From a virus (Duplodnaviria; Caudoviricetes), in IMG/VR virus record IMGVR_UViG_3300037258_000158, positions 1 to 60,606 of that record: a stretch of DNA of 60,606 nucleotides; one strand, 5' to 3'. The notes beneath the pieces were generated by a model. The model made no database searches. It had not been told where the DNA came from and was given only the letters and a program-made list of their open reading frames with translations. Made by a program: the position numbers and the translations under genes. Positions 8,140-16,921 of this stretch are shown here, piece by piece. The number at the start of each line of letters is the position of its first letter. Within the stretch, counting starts at the first letter, position 1.

Positions 8140-8724
8140 ATGACAGACGATCTTCCTGAATATCTCATCAGGAAAAAAGGCGAAGTTCCGCCTATGCCAG
8201 ATAAGCATCTACTCGCTATCTGGGGTCTTACCGAAGAACAAGCCAATATCGTCTGGCAGAGATGCCAGCAGAGGAGCATCAAGTTTCCAAAGAAGACGGA
8301 CATTCCAGATGACGATAGGAAGAAGGCTTTGATCTATGCGCTCTTAAAGGCGCGTATGGATCAGGCTGACGTCATTATGGCGATGGTTCGTGAAACGAGT
8401 ACTGAGGGCGTCAAGGCCATCGAACAGATGGTAGGTAAGCCGATCACGCGCCTCGAAGAAAAGGCGCGCAAGGCCAGAGATGCGAGACCAGATAAACCGC
8501 AGAAGACTAGTGTTGGGAGAAAGAAAACTGTCACCTTTTCTCCAACCCAAACTATCCATCTACTGGTGAAAGAGAACCCGAAGAGAAAAGGCGGCGCTCC
8601 CTACGAGCGTTTCGCCAAGTATGTGGACGGCATGTCTATCGCGGATGCTCTTTCCGCCGGTGTCTTTGAAGCTGACGTTGTTTGGGACGTGAAACACAAG
8701 TTCATAGAGTTGCACGGCGAGTAA
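8140..8724 (+). CDS. Protein with C-terminal 'NPK...WD..FI' domain, paralogue A
   Basis: ENPKRKGGAPYERFAKYVDGMSIADALSAGVFEADVVWDVKHKFIEL preceded by Lys/Arg-rich linker; RBS CTCAAGGGGG. Confidence 0.8.
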   Translation: MTDDLPEYLIRKKGEVPPMPDKHLLAIWGLTEEQANIVWQRCQQRSIKFPKKTDIPDDDRKKALIYALLKARMDQADVIMAMVRETSTEGVKAIEQMVGKPITRLEEKARKARDARPDKPQKTSVGRKKTVTFSPTQTIHLLVKENPKRKGGAPYERFAKYVDGMSIADALSAGVFEADVVWDVKHKFIELHGE

Positions 8725-8744
8725 CCACGTTGCCGGGTGGACGC

Positions 8745-8773
8745 TTGTAGTCCGCGTTCTACCCGGCCACACT
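8745..8773 (+). promoter_or_regulatory. Promoter candidate TTGTAG-N17-CACACT
   Basis: 16-mer GGACGCTTGTAGTCCG (8739-8754) identical to 58340-58355; lies within hairpin 8732-8767. Confidence 0.55.
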
Positions 8774-8779
8774 GGCAAG

Positions 8780-8863
8780 GTGCCGCCTGCGGGATATCGA
8801 AAGCGTACTCCAATCGGCCCCCCCTTGAGGAGCGCAACCGAATCCTTCAGGCGGCACACTTTT
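8780..8863 (+). ncRNA. Putative hairpin sRNA or cis-regulatory leader with C-rich anti-SD loop
   Basis: GTGCCGCCTG(8780-89)/CAGGCGGCAC(8848-57) closes nested stems GGGAT/ATCCT, TCG/CGA, GCG/CGC, CTCC/GGAG; loop AATCGGCCCCCCCTTGA; short T-run after stem. Confidence 0.55.
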
Positions 8864-8876
8864 CAAGGGGGTCTTC

Positions 8877-9083
8877 ATGCGATACAAAGAAGCAGAAGCG
8901 TTAGTCGGCCGCATTTGGCCGACATGGGAAACACTTGAACCCAACTCCACGAGTGGTTGGGATATTGAGTGTGAAGATGGCAGGGGTCACCATATAAACG
9001 ATGATGGGAGACCCACCTGTCATCTTCAATGCAAACAACGAGAAGCTCTTAACCGCGAATCAGGAGGATATATAGAGACATGA
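8877..9083 (+). CDS. Hypothetical protein
   Basis: RBS TCAAGGGGG; ATGA overlap with next gene. Confidence 0.65.
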   Translation: MRYKEAEALVGRIWPTWETLEPNSTSGWDIECEDGRGHHINDDGRPTCHLQCKQREALNRESGGYIET

Positions 9084-9469
9084 GAGTCGTGGTCCGAACT
9101 CTCCTGTACCCGGTCCGTGACCGGTACGCCTATCCTTGGCGGTTCGAGGAATTTGAGACTTATGAGGGTGAAGTCGTTGACAATCCATCGTGGTTGTCCA
9201 ACGACTTCATCTCCATGACAACAGGGATACCGCATTTCCCAATCCGGTCTTTCGCTAAGGACCGTATAGTCCAGGAGGATAAGAAAATGCCAAAGCGTGA
9301 ACCGGCGAAGCCTCGGGCCCGAACGTACAAGGTCCCGAGTTCCAGCGGGCAGGGACACTACATCGTTACCGTGGATAACGATATATGGTCCTGCACCTGC
9401 CCGGGATACGAGTTCCGTCAGCACTGTAAGCATATCGTCGCAACCCAGAACAAGAGGCGTAAGAAATGA
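9080..9469 (+). CDS. SWIM zinc-finger protein
   Basis: YIVTV...WSCTCPGYEFRQHCKHI (CxC...CxH). Confidence 0.8.
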   Translation: MRVVVRTLLYPVRDRYAYPWRFEEFETYEGEVVDNPSWLSNDFISMTTGIPHFPIRSFAKDRIVQEDKKMPKREPAKPRARTYKVPSSSGQGHYIVTVDNDIWSCTCPGYEFRQHCKHIVATQNKRRKK

Positions 9470-9738
9470 GGCAGATATGGAAATTCCCGATAGGCAATGA
9501 AGCTCAAGCTACGATAAAGATGCCTATCGGAGCATCTATACTCAGGATAGCCGTACAGAAAGACAGCGGTCTGTGTATCTGGGCATTTGTCGATCCCGAA
9601 CTGGCGCTCGAAGACCGGTCATTCAAACTCTTCGGTACAGGCCACAATGTCCCGGGAAATTTCGCCTATGTTGGTACGGTTGATGAAGGACCGTTTGTCT
9701 GGCATCTGTTTGAAAGGACCACGGCTCATGACAACTAA
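9466..9738 (+). CDS. Conserved small phage protein
   Basis: IWKFPI..MPIGASIL..Q..CIWA.VDP..GTGH..YVGTV..FVWHLFE is a recurrent phage family pattern. Confidence 0.8.
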   Translation: MRQIWKFPIGNEAQATIKMPIGASILRIAVQKDSGLCIWAFVDPELALEDRSFKLFGTGHNVPGNFAYVGTVDEGPFVWHLFERTTAHDN

Positions 9739-10243
9739 AGACGAAATGCACCGTCTTGTCGTTGCCGGTATCGCCAACGAGACCTTCCAGCACGAAACCC
9801 TCGGCCACTTCGACATCACCATGATGCGTCGGGCCATCGAACTAGTCAAAGATAGGCTCACTGTCTATTCGTGCAACTTCGATCAACTTGGGATGGTCGA
9901 TGGCATAGAAGCCGATGGTTATACCTACCTGACGCAGCACCGTGAAATAGATCGAGAACGGGTCAAGAATCTAACTGATGAACAGATCGAAGAGCCTCTC
10001 ATCATCTTGGACTGTCCCGCAGGTACGAACGGGACGGGGCGGTCCGATCTACTGGTGGATGGGATACATCGGCTCGTTGCCAGAAAGGAGCGCGGCAAAG
10101 AAGGATTCAGCTTCTACCGCCTGCCACTTGAACATGCGCCCAGGATAGATGACTCCAAGGTCGGTGTGGACTTTGTTCAACTGCAATGGGGCGAAAAAGA
10201 TCTGATCCCGGGCCAAGGTCTCGTCGAAAGGAAAAAGAAATGA
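9728..10243 (+). CDS. ParB/Srx-like domain protein
   Basis: EPLIIL...LLVDGIHRLVAR (DGxHR motif). Confidence 0.65.
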   Translation: MTTKDEMHRLVVAGIANETFQHETLGHFDITMMRRAIELVKDRLTVYSCNFDQLGMVDGIEADGYTYLTQHREIDRERVKNLTDEQIEEPLIILDCPAGTNGTGRSDLLVDGIHRLVARKERGKEGFSFYRLPLEHAPRIDDSKVGVDFVQLQWGEKDLIPGQGLVERKKK

Positions 10244-10503
10244 TGCTCAAATGGAAGCAGGTCAAGGTTGACCGATTCGGTAATACCGAGTGGCGTCTGT
10301 ATGCTGGGACTATAGAACTGGCGAGCGCATGGTACTCGAATTTATCTTCTAGAACTGAAGAGAAGAATTATATGTCTCAAACATACGTGGGCCGCAATTC
10401 TATTGCTTCTCGCCGATTCTTGACTATCGAAGAAGCCAAGATAGCGGCCGAAGAGCAACTGCACTCGATCTTCAAAATGATGGGGATTGGGATTACGATT
10501 TAA
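10240..10503 (+). CDS. Hypothetical protein
   Basis: ATGA overlap; last gene of rightward run. Confidence 0.65.
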   Translation: MMLKWKQVKVDRFGNTEWRLYAGTIELASAWYSNLSSRTEEKNYMSQTYVGRNSIASRRFLTIEEAKIAAEEQLHSIFKMMGIGITI

Positions 10504-10584
10504 CGACCAAACGGTACGTTCTAACTACGTCGTAACCCCTTGGTTTTGCTCGCTTTTTAATCCCTAGTGCCTGGGACGCGTTAC

Positions 10585-10607
10585 GGGACGCTGCGGTGAT
10601 CGGTAAA
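10585..10607. repeat. 23-bp exact direct repeat, also at 27471-27493 inside the SNF2 helicase gene
   Basis: GGGACGCTGCGGTGATCGGTAAA at both positions. Confidence 0.9.
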
Positions 10608-10702
10608 GCGCCCCCTTGCAACCATACCACCCACATGTCCCGAGGGCGTCAGGCGCGTCCCCCTGCGGGCCGTTTTTGGTCCCAAACGCCCGAAAAGCCG
10701 CC

Positions 10703-11137
10703 CTACGGTGCAAGCGGCAGTCCGATGGTCGTTGCGACGCTATACCAGTCCCAATTTGACGGACCGCCTTCATAAGGTCGAATGCCGACCTTATGCAGCC
10801 CTTCTTCATGCAGCTTGATGACCAGTCTACCGGGGATGAGCCAAAGCTCATCTCCAGCAGAACCCTTACGAACACCGCCTTCGTGGATGCGCCGGACGGC
10901 TATCCAGACTCGGCCTCCGCACCGCGACCTGCGGTCGATCCAGCCCACCTGCTCTGGCCGTAGGTTCGCACTCCACTTGCTGGTCTTCTTGTTCTCGATC
11001 CAACCCTCCACGCCCGCATAGCAGAAGTTCACGTCGGGAATACCCCTCCCCGTTCCTCCCGTTTCAATCCGCTGCCAGTCGATACCGGGGTGGAGATGTT
11101 TCTTGAACTGGTCGTAGAGGCCACCGTCAAGTTTCAT
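10703..11137 (-). CDS. Holliday junction resolvase / VRR-NUC-like PD-(D/E)xK nuclease
   Basis: RIETG..GIPD...GWIENK...LRPEQVGW...GG. Confidence 0.8.
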   Translation of the reverse strand: MKLDGGLYDQFKKHLHPGIDWQRIETGGTGRGIPDVNFCYAGVEGWIENKKTSKWSANLRPEQVGWIDRRSRCGGRVWIAVRRIHEGGVRKGSAGDELWLIPGRLVIKLHEEGLHKVGIRPYEGGPSNWDWYSVATTIGLPLAP

Positions 11138-11298
11138 GATGTCACCAAGAATATCGCTATACCGATGATAACGAGTATCACTCCTATCGACATATCTGAT
11201 AGTTTGTCGGATATGAACGCTTTCGCCATGAAAGCCATTCCAGCTAAGATCGCGGCGAATGCTACCAATCCTGCGAGCACCAATGCTAGAGTACTCAT
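11134..11298 (-). CDS. Small two-TM membrane protein (54 aa, below ORF-track cut-off)
   Basis: MSTLALVLAGLVAFAAILAGMAF...IGVILVIIGIAIFLVTS; ATGA overlaps on both sides. Confidence 0.65.
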   Translation of the reverse strand: MSTLALVLAGLVAFAAILAGMAFMAKAFISDKLSDMSIGVILVIIGIAIFLVTS

Positions 11299-11978
11299 CG
11301 CCGTGACATCTTCAGGTAGTAGTCGGCGGTGAATTTGACATCGTTGTCAATGTCGTCCTGCTTCATCACCCATTCGAGATACCAGCGCGGCACTTCTTTC
11401 CATTGCTGGCCCTTGAACTTGCCGAACCGAACTTTCGTGAGAACGACCGGCATCGTGGACATCAGGAACAGGGCCTCGGCCGTGCGCGTCTCGAGCATTT
11501 TCTCGAGAATGAGCGCCGTTGTCCATGCATCATACAGAGCACGATGTGGAGCGTATCCCTTGATAATCCAGTCGGGCAGCGTAACCCCGAGCCAGTACCG
11601 CAGGATCTGGTTGCTGTGACCCGGTGCGTCGGGCCAGATATGGCTGGCACATCGCCAAGTACAGATCCACTTTCTATCCCGTAGCTGAGGTAGGTATCGC
11701 TTGTCGAATTCGGCGTTATGCGCCGCGATGTACTCCCGCCCGGCCAGAGGCATGTATTCGTAGACCTCGGACAGACTGGCTTCGTTGGCTACCATTTCAT
11801 TGGTGATGTGATGAATGGACATAGCCTCCAGTCCAATAGGGACTGTCGGTTTGACGATCGCGCAGAACGTACCTGTATCTTTCCCTTTGGTTGGAAGAAG
11901 TACGGCCGCGATTTCAACGACCTCGTCCTTGTCGCCCATGCCGGTTGTTTCGGTGTCGATGACTGCGATGTTGTTCAT
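11295..11978 (-). CDS. DEDDh 3'-5' exonuclease, exonuclease X-like
   Basis: IDTETTG, AHNAEFD, HRALYD; C-terminal FGKFKG...VPRWYLEW domain. Confidence 0.9.
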   Translation of the reverse strand: MNNIAVIDTETTGMGDKDEVVEIAAVLLPTKGKDTGTFCAIVKPTVPIGLEAMSIHHITNEMVANEASLSEVYEYMPLAGREYIAAHNAEFDKRYLPQLRDRKWICTWRCASHIWPDAPGHSNQILRYWLGVTLPDWIIKGYAPHRALYDAWTTALILEKMLETRTAEALFLMSTMPVVLTKVRFGKFKGQQWKEVPRWYLEWVMKQDDIDNDVKFTADYYLKMSRR

Positions 11979-14017
11979 GCTGCTAAGGCCTCTTCCCATG
12001 ATTTCTTGGCTGAACCCCATCGTTTACCGAATTCGTCGTCTACGCGGACAGGGACTCGCAGTTTGACGACGTTAATCATGATGGACTTTGCTTTGCGAGC
12101 CTGATCTTGGCTCCCGAAACTAAAGTCCAATTCATCATGCATCTGTAGGAGTGGAATAATCTTCTGCCGCCAGCACTCACGCATAGCCATCTTGGTCTGG
12201 CGCGCGGCGCTACCTTGAATGAGTGCATTCATGGATTTATGAGTGAACGCCCTCTTGATCCTACCATTCCACGGATGGTCTGGGTCGGCAACGCGACGCC
12301 TAGCTTCATCCAAAAGACACGGTGCCACGAGGCCTTCATCGTGTCCTCGCTTAACCCACTCATATTCAGCTTCACGATCACGCCAACGTGGTTCCCACCT
12401 ATTGAATCGTACCCGCGCTCCATCTAGTAAGCGGATGTAACCCCGCTTATCAACGAGATTAGAACTAAACTCCATGAGCCTGCGGATGAAAGGAACCGAA
12501 TCATGATATTTCTCCATAATGACTTTTGCTTCGTCGTAGGAGACACCGAGGCTGGCCGCGAGTTTCCAGATCCCCATACCATACGCCAGACCCAGATTAA
12601 TGATCTTGGCTTTCGGTCGTGGCATTCCTGTGAGTTTCGCCACCATTGTATGATAATCGGGCTTTGGATCGTTATTGTAATAGTCCACCGCGACCTCTGC
12701 GCCTGCTACACCGCACAGAGATGCGAAATGAACCGTCAGGCAGGGTTCTTGCTGACTATAATCGAGCGCGCCCCACAATTCTCCATCTTCTGGAAGGAAG
12801 ATGTCGCGAATTATCTTCCCGATTGCCGGATGCTTATCCGGGCTGGTCATCTGCTGAAGCGGAGGATTGCTGTACGCGAACCTAGTCGTTCGCGTACCGC
12901 CACGATCATCTTTGAACTGATGCGGCTCGGCGTGTAATCGGCCCATGTGCGAGTAGCCGAGGATATAGTCGCCGATGAATTTCTTGGCTGCGTCCTGTAT
13001 CTGCAAGACTTTGGACACGCCCTGCGGGAGCCAGTGTTCCCGTTGAACCATCCATTCCGTCTTAAACGAGGCCGTTCCTTGTGGCCTCGTTTTGGATGCA
13101 GGAGTACGAGGAAAAGATACCTGCTCCGCAGTAAATATCTTCTCCAAAAACTTCTCTGATGACAGATCGCTGATGGTGACCTGCCTACCTATCGAGAGTC
13201 TTCGTGATAGGTCGCCTAGTATTTCTTCTCGCTGCCTGAACAGTTCCTTCTGGGCCTGGAGCGCGAAGTCTACGTCGATAGGAATGCCTCTCTTGCGCAT
13301 CTCGAGAACTAAGGGCATTATATCAATCTCCAATTGATATGCCCTTAGTAGGTCATCCTTCTCCATCATAGGATATATCAACTCAAACGCTTCTAGCGTC
13401 GATACTGCGTCACCCTCACCGTAGGGTCCAACGTACCGCGCCGGTAGACGGTAGAGATTCTCCTTGACCTCTCGGTTTGTCTTGGCACCGAAATATGCTG
13501 CCGCTGCATCGATGAGTAGCGCGTCGTCCTTACCGGGTATATCGAGGCGGCGACAGATCGCATCCAGATTGTATTCCATCTGGGTTTCGTCGATGATGTA
13601 CGCCGCCGCCATGACATCTTGAATCCGCTCTGGCGGCTCAAGTCCCCATTCGGCCCATGCCCATCCCATATCGTACGCGGCATTCTGGAACACGATTTCC
13701 AGAACGGACCAATGGTCTTGGACCCATCTGCCAACCGCATCGACATCAAAGTTCTGGGTTTCTGGGTGGCGCATCGGCACATAGATCGCGCCGCCTTTCC
13801 ACGCCATAGATACACCGGCGATATGACCAGCCCGATAGACCCATCCCGGGCCTCGACCTTGAGCCAGCCCATCGTCCTTGGTTTCGCAGTCGTATGCCGC
13901 TCGGCCGACCCGACGGAGATCAGGTAACTCCGTCGGGACAGTCCATTCCGAAGAAGGTGTCAGGAGCGGAAGTTGTCCCGCTCCTGCCGCCTTGGAATAC
14001 TTTCCGCCTTTAGGCAA
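11975..14017 (-). CDS. polA: Family A DNA polymerase with 3'-5' exonuclease domain
   Basis: DCET exo I; motif A DYSQQEP; motif B RPKAKIINLGLAYG; IQGSAA; motif C MHDEL. Confidence 0.95.
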   Translation of the reverse strand: MPKGGKYSKAAGAGQLPLLTPSSEWTVPTELPDLRRVGRAAYDCETKDDGLAQGRGPGWVYRAGHIAGVSMAWKGGAIYVPMRHPETQNFDVDAVGRWVQDHWSVLEIVFQNAAYDMGWAWAEWGLEPPERIQDVMAAAYIIDETQMEYNLDAICRRLDIPGKDDALLIDAAAAYFGAKTNREVKENLYRLPARYVGPYGEGDAVSTLEAFELIYPMMEKDDLLRAYQLEIDIMPLVLEMRKRGIPIDVDFALQAQKELFRQREEILGDLSRRLSIGRQVTISDLSSEKFLEKIFTAEQVSFPRTPASKTRPQGTASFKTEWMVQREHWLPQGVSKVLQIQDAAKKFIGDYILGYSHMGRLHAEPHQFKDDRGGTRTTRFAYSNPPLQQMTSPDKHPAIGKIIRDIFLPEDGELWGALDYSQQEPCLTVHFASLCGVAGAEVAVDYYNNDPKPDYHTMVAKLTGMPRPKAKIINLGLAYGMGIWKLAASLGVSYDEAKVIMEKYHDSVPFIRRLMEFSSNLVDKRGYIRLLDGARVRFNRWEPRWRDREAEYEWVKRGHDEGLVAPCLLDEARRRVADPDHPWNGRIKRAFTHKSMNALIQGSAARQTKMAMRECWRQKIIPLLQMHDELDFSFGSQDQARKAKSIMINVVKLRVPVRVDDEFGKRWGSAKKSWEEALAA

Positions 14018-15077
14018 CCCATGCTCCGCGGAATATTTCCTTCAGTTGCATTTCACCTTCGACTCCCGGACGTGGCTCGTAGAACTCCTTGTCAGCATCA
14101 GCCATGCGACCAAAGTCGGATTTCGACACCGTTGCTGAAAGTGGCCTGAACAGTTCCATTCGCTCTTTTTCATCGTATCGGCGCCGATCGACCTGAGCAT
14201 ATTGCCCGGTGACTATAAACCGGGAGATAAGGTCGGGGTCTTTCAGCTTGCGGAACAGTGTAGCACTGATTAGCGGCTTCACCTTCCATGTACCGTCGCC
14301 CTGTTTCGTCCCGGCCTTGGAGTCCCAGTCAGGTTCATGGATAGCCGACTTGGCGATGTGGGCGTCTTTCGTGTGGCCACAGTCCATGCACCGACCGTTC
14401 ATGTAATTTGATCGGTAGCTGCTACAGACCGCACGACCTACGTCGTTCATGGGGAATTCAGCAGCATGGGCCGAGTCGGAGTGATGTCGATTGGAGTCTT
14501 CTCGATTATTTTCAGCATCACGTTTTCGCATCAGTATCACGCGTAAATGATCGCGAGATAAACGACGGTTGGCGGCGTCGAGAATTTTTCGACTTTCTGT
14601 GTCGTCAGGAAAGTTGGTCTGATATCCGTAGGCGATAATGGTTCGTTTGACCTTAGGTCGAGGAATGTTCAATTCCCTTGAAATATCATCATACAGATTA
14701 CTCGGATCAGCGTATGCAATTTGATCGATGGTCATGGGTGAATGACTTTCGCCGAGAAGAGTTTTGGTCTGCGGTCTGCTGCCCGCCATCCGTGACTGTA
14801 TCTCAGCCTCAACCAGAAGAAGGTATTGCCGGAGGTCACGAACTTCGGCCAGCACCGACCCATCAGCACCGTTCGTATCAGCCAGACAGCCGGCGAAGAT
14901 ATCCTGCCCGAACTGGCGCTCGAGAATGTTGTCCAGTCGATCCCACTTACGGACCACCATTGCGAAGGCGAAAACGCCGCCTCGTTTCTTCCAACTACCT
15001 TGGTACGTTGATTCCTTATGCCGAAGAGTCTGGATATCACGTTTCGCGACATCCTCGATAAAGTCCATGTGCTTCAT
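14010..15077 (-). CDS. Nmad1/MazG-like all-alpha NTP pyrophosphohydrolase domain plus long C-terminal extension
   Basis: KESTYQGSWKKRGG...RKWDRL...DLRQYLLL; position within nucleotide-modification operon. Confidence 0.6.
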   Translation of the reverse strand: MKHMDFIEDVAKRDIQTLRHKESTYQGSWKKRGGVFAFAMVVRKWDRLDNILERQFGQDIFAGCLADTNGADGSVLAEVRDLRQYLLLVEAEIQSRMAGSRPQTKTLLGESHSPMTIDQIAYADPSNLYDDISRELNIPRPKVKRTIIAYGYQTNFPDDTESRKILDAANRRLSRDHLRVILMRKRDAENNREDSNRHHSDSAHAAEFPMNDVGRAVCSSYRSNYMNGRCMDCGHTKDAHIAKSAIHEPDWDSKAGTKQGDGTWKVKPLISATLFRKLKDPDLISRFIVTGQYAQVDRRRYDEKERMELFRPLSATVSKSDFGRMADADKEFYEPRPGVEGEMQLKEIFRGAWVA

Positions 15078-15610
15078 GTCGTGCATGTATTGAACTCCTT
15101 CATGTGGTTGACGATCCGTTCACTGACGCGCTTACCTTCGCCAGTACAAAACCGATCCAGTTGTTCTGTCATGTCGAAGATAGCCTGAGCTGTTCGTTCA
15201 ACGATAGGGATCGCCAGCTTATTTCCCATCGCTAATTCCTGTTTGCCGTACTCCCACATTTCCAGAAGATCGCATATCTTGACACGAATCTTCATTTCAT
15301 CGCCAATAGTCACTTTCGGCGCGCCCATGTGAAAGAGGCCGTGGTCTTCGAGTTTATCCATTTCCCTCTTGATTAATTCGTTCTTGGCTTTGACGGGAAA
15401 TGGCAGGTCCCCACAAGATATTTCGCCGGCGTCATGGTAAAGGATGAACGTATAGACATCCTTGTCCGGTGCCCCGAATAACTGTGTGAAGATACGCATG
15501 ATCTGCCATGTGTGCTCCGCGACAGTCTGTTCACGAAGCACCGGCCAAGTGTGATATCGCTTGACCTGACCTGCGAATCGCTGACAGCCGGTAATTTGAT
15601 CGGCGTTCAT
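15074..15610 (-). CDS. HD-domain 5'-deoxynucleotidase (YfbR-like)
   Basis: KRYH...TVAEH...YHDAGE...GDLPFPVK...KICDLLE. Confidence 0.85.
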   Translation of the reverse strand: MNADQITGCQRFAGQVKRYHTWPVLREQTVAEHTWQIMRIFTQLFGAPDKDVYTFILYHDAGEISCGDLPFPVKAKNELIKREMDKLEDHGLFHMGAPKVTIGDEMKIRVKICDLLEMWEYGKQELAMGNKLAIPIVERTAQAIFDMTEQLDRFCTGEGKRVSERIVNHMKEFNTCTT

Positions 15611-16596
15611 TTGGCCCTCCGGCTGAGAAATTGCTTCGCAGCCCATTTCCAGTCTTCAGCCTTGATCGCATGTAGAGCAACGACCGCAGCCGACGCACCG
15701 TCGCTCCGCCAGACCTTGGCGACATTGAGCATTGGCTTCGCCACTTCGGGGAAGAAGCGGTTCGCATAGATGTGTTCCGAAACACCACTCATGAAGGCGA
15801 ATAGGTCTTTGTCGAAGCGCCCGAAGTCATCGACGAGCGGCACTGTATGAACACGATTCAACCTATACGGGTCGTCCATTCCAGTGCCATCTTTCATGAT
15901 CTTTTCAAACACATCGACGTAGGCGTGGAAGTTGTTGGAAAGCTGATACAGCTTTCCTACTCCTACACCTATCCCCGCCGCGAGGTACTCTTGAAGAATG
16001 CTGAAATGAACAGCATTAGCGCCATACGCGCCCCAGATAATATCGTTGGATCGGCAGCATACTGTGATATCCAGTGCGCCATTGACTATCCTCGGGTAGA
16101 CGTGAGTGTTGCAGGGAAGATCCTTGGGTTCCGGTATATCGAGATCCTGGTAGTCCCGAAGTTCACACAGATCGTAGGTCGGATCCCACATTGTAAGGAC
16201 CACCCGGCGATCATCTGGGTTCTTCGTCAAACGATCCACAATTACCTTGAGTTGGTCCATATCGAAATGGTTTCGCCACCGATGACCATAAGCACCCCAG
16301 AGCAGACCGTTCGTTTCGGCGAACCGAGATGAGAAGTCTTTCACGAACTGATCAAGCCAACGGGCATCCTGTCCCCCGTTGAGCATCCACAATGACTCCA
16401 TGAGGTGGAAGAAGGGATTTGCATCCCTTGCCCATGAAAACAGAACCCGTTCCGTCGGTTTATCGTACACCGACATGACTGGGTGGTCACAGACCAGCAC
16501 ATCGCCGGCTCGTGACTTCTGCAACTTCCCATAGTCTCGCAAATACAGACACCCTTCCGCGAAGACATGGTTAACGTTCCGTCCCTTAATCAACAT
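15607..16596 (-). CDS. Thymidylate synthase superfamily, probable dUMP hydroxymethylase
   Basis: GAYGHR, DRRVV, KDLPCN (catalytic Cys), RSNDIIWG..GAN (Asn indicates dUMP), SNNFHAY; hypermodification context. Confidence 0.85.
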   Translation of the reverse strand: MLIKGRNVNHVFAEGCLYLRDYGKLQKSRAGDVLVCDHPVMSVYDKPTERVLFSWARDANPFFHLMESLWMLNGGQDARWLDQFVKDFSSRFAETNGLLWGAYGHRWRNHFDMDQLKVIVDRLTKNPDDRRVVLTMWDPTYDLCELRDYQDLDIPEPKDLPCNTHVYPRIVNGALDITVCCRSNDIIWGAYGANAVHFSILQEYLAAGIGVGVGKLYQLSNNFHAYVDVFEKIMKDGTGMDDPYRLNRVHTVPLVDDFGRFDKDLFAFMSGVSEHIYANRFFPEVAKPMLNVAKVWRSDGASAAVVALHAIKAEDWKWAAKQFLSRRAK

Positions 16597-16597
16597 T

Positions 16598-16921
16598 CTA
16601 TTCTCCATCCTTGAAGCCTGGAAGAAAACGAACACCGACGGTGTTCACGATAGCAGGTCGCCACGCCATTCCACAGTGCTGGCAAGCATGGGTGTGATGT
16701 GGCTTCGATGCAAACTCCCCTTCGTCAATGTGACGTTCCCCGCATAATGGGCAAGTGAGGAGCATCGGTATGACCGGCGGCACCGAATAAAAATCACCTT
16801 TGCGACTCCAATGTAGTCCGCAAATCGTAACAATGTCGTCATCAATGACATTGTGATATAACCATCTGGTTACGTCATTAGCAGTTGAAACGATATTTTC
16901 TGGTGGATCTCTATACACCAT
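16598..16921 (-). CDS. Small zinc-ribbon protein
   Basis: CPLCGERH...HTHACQHCG. Confidence 0.7.
   Translation of the reverse strand: MVYRDPPENIVSTANDVTRWLYHNVIDDDIVTICGLHWSRKGDFYSVPPVIPMLLTCPLCGERHIDEGEFASKPHHTHACQHCGMAWRPAIVNTVGVRFLPGFKDGE

Noticed and set aside
9728-10243. ParABS plasmid-prophage partition system
   Set aside because: Only a ParB-like N-terminal motif; no ParA ATPase or HTH seen.
15607-16596. Canonical thyA or dCMP hydroxymethylase
   Set aside because: Asn at the specificity position argues against dCMP; divergent motifs and gene context favour dUMP hydroxymethylase, though methylation is not formally excluded.
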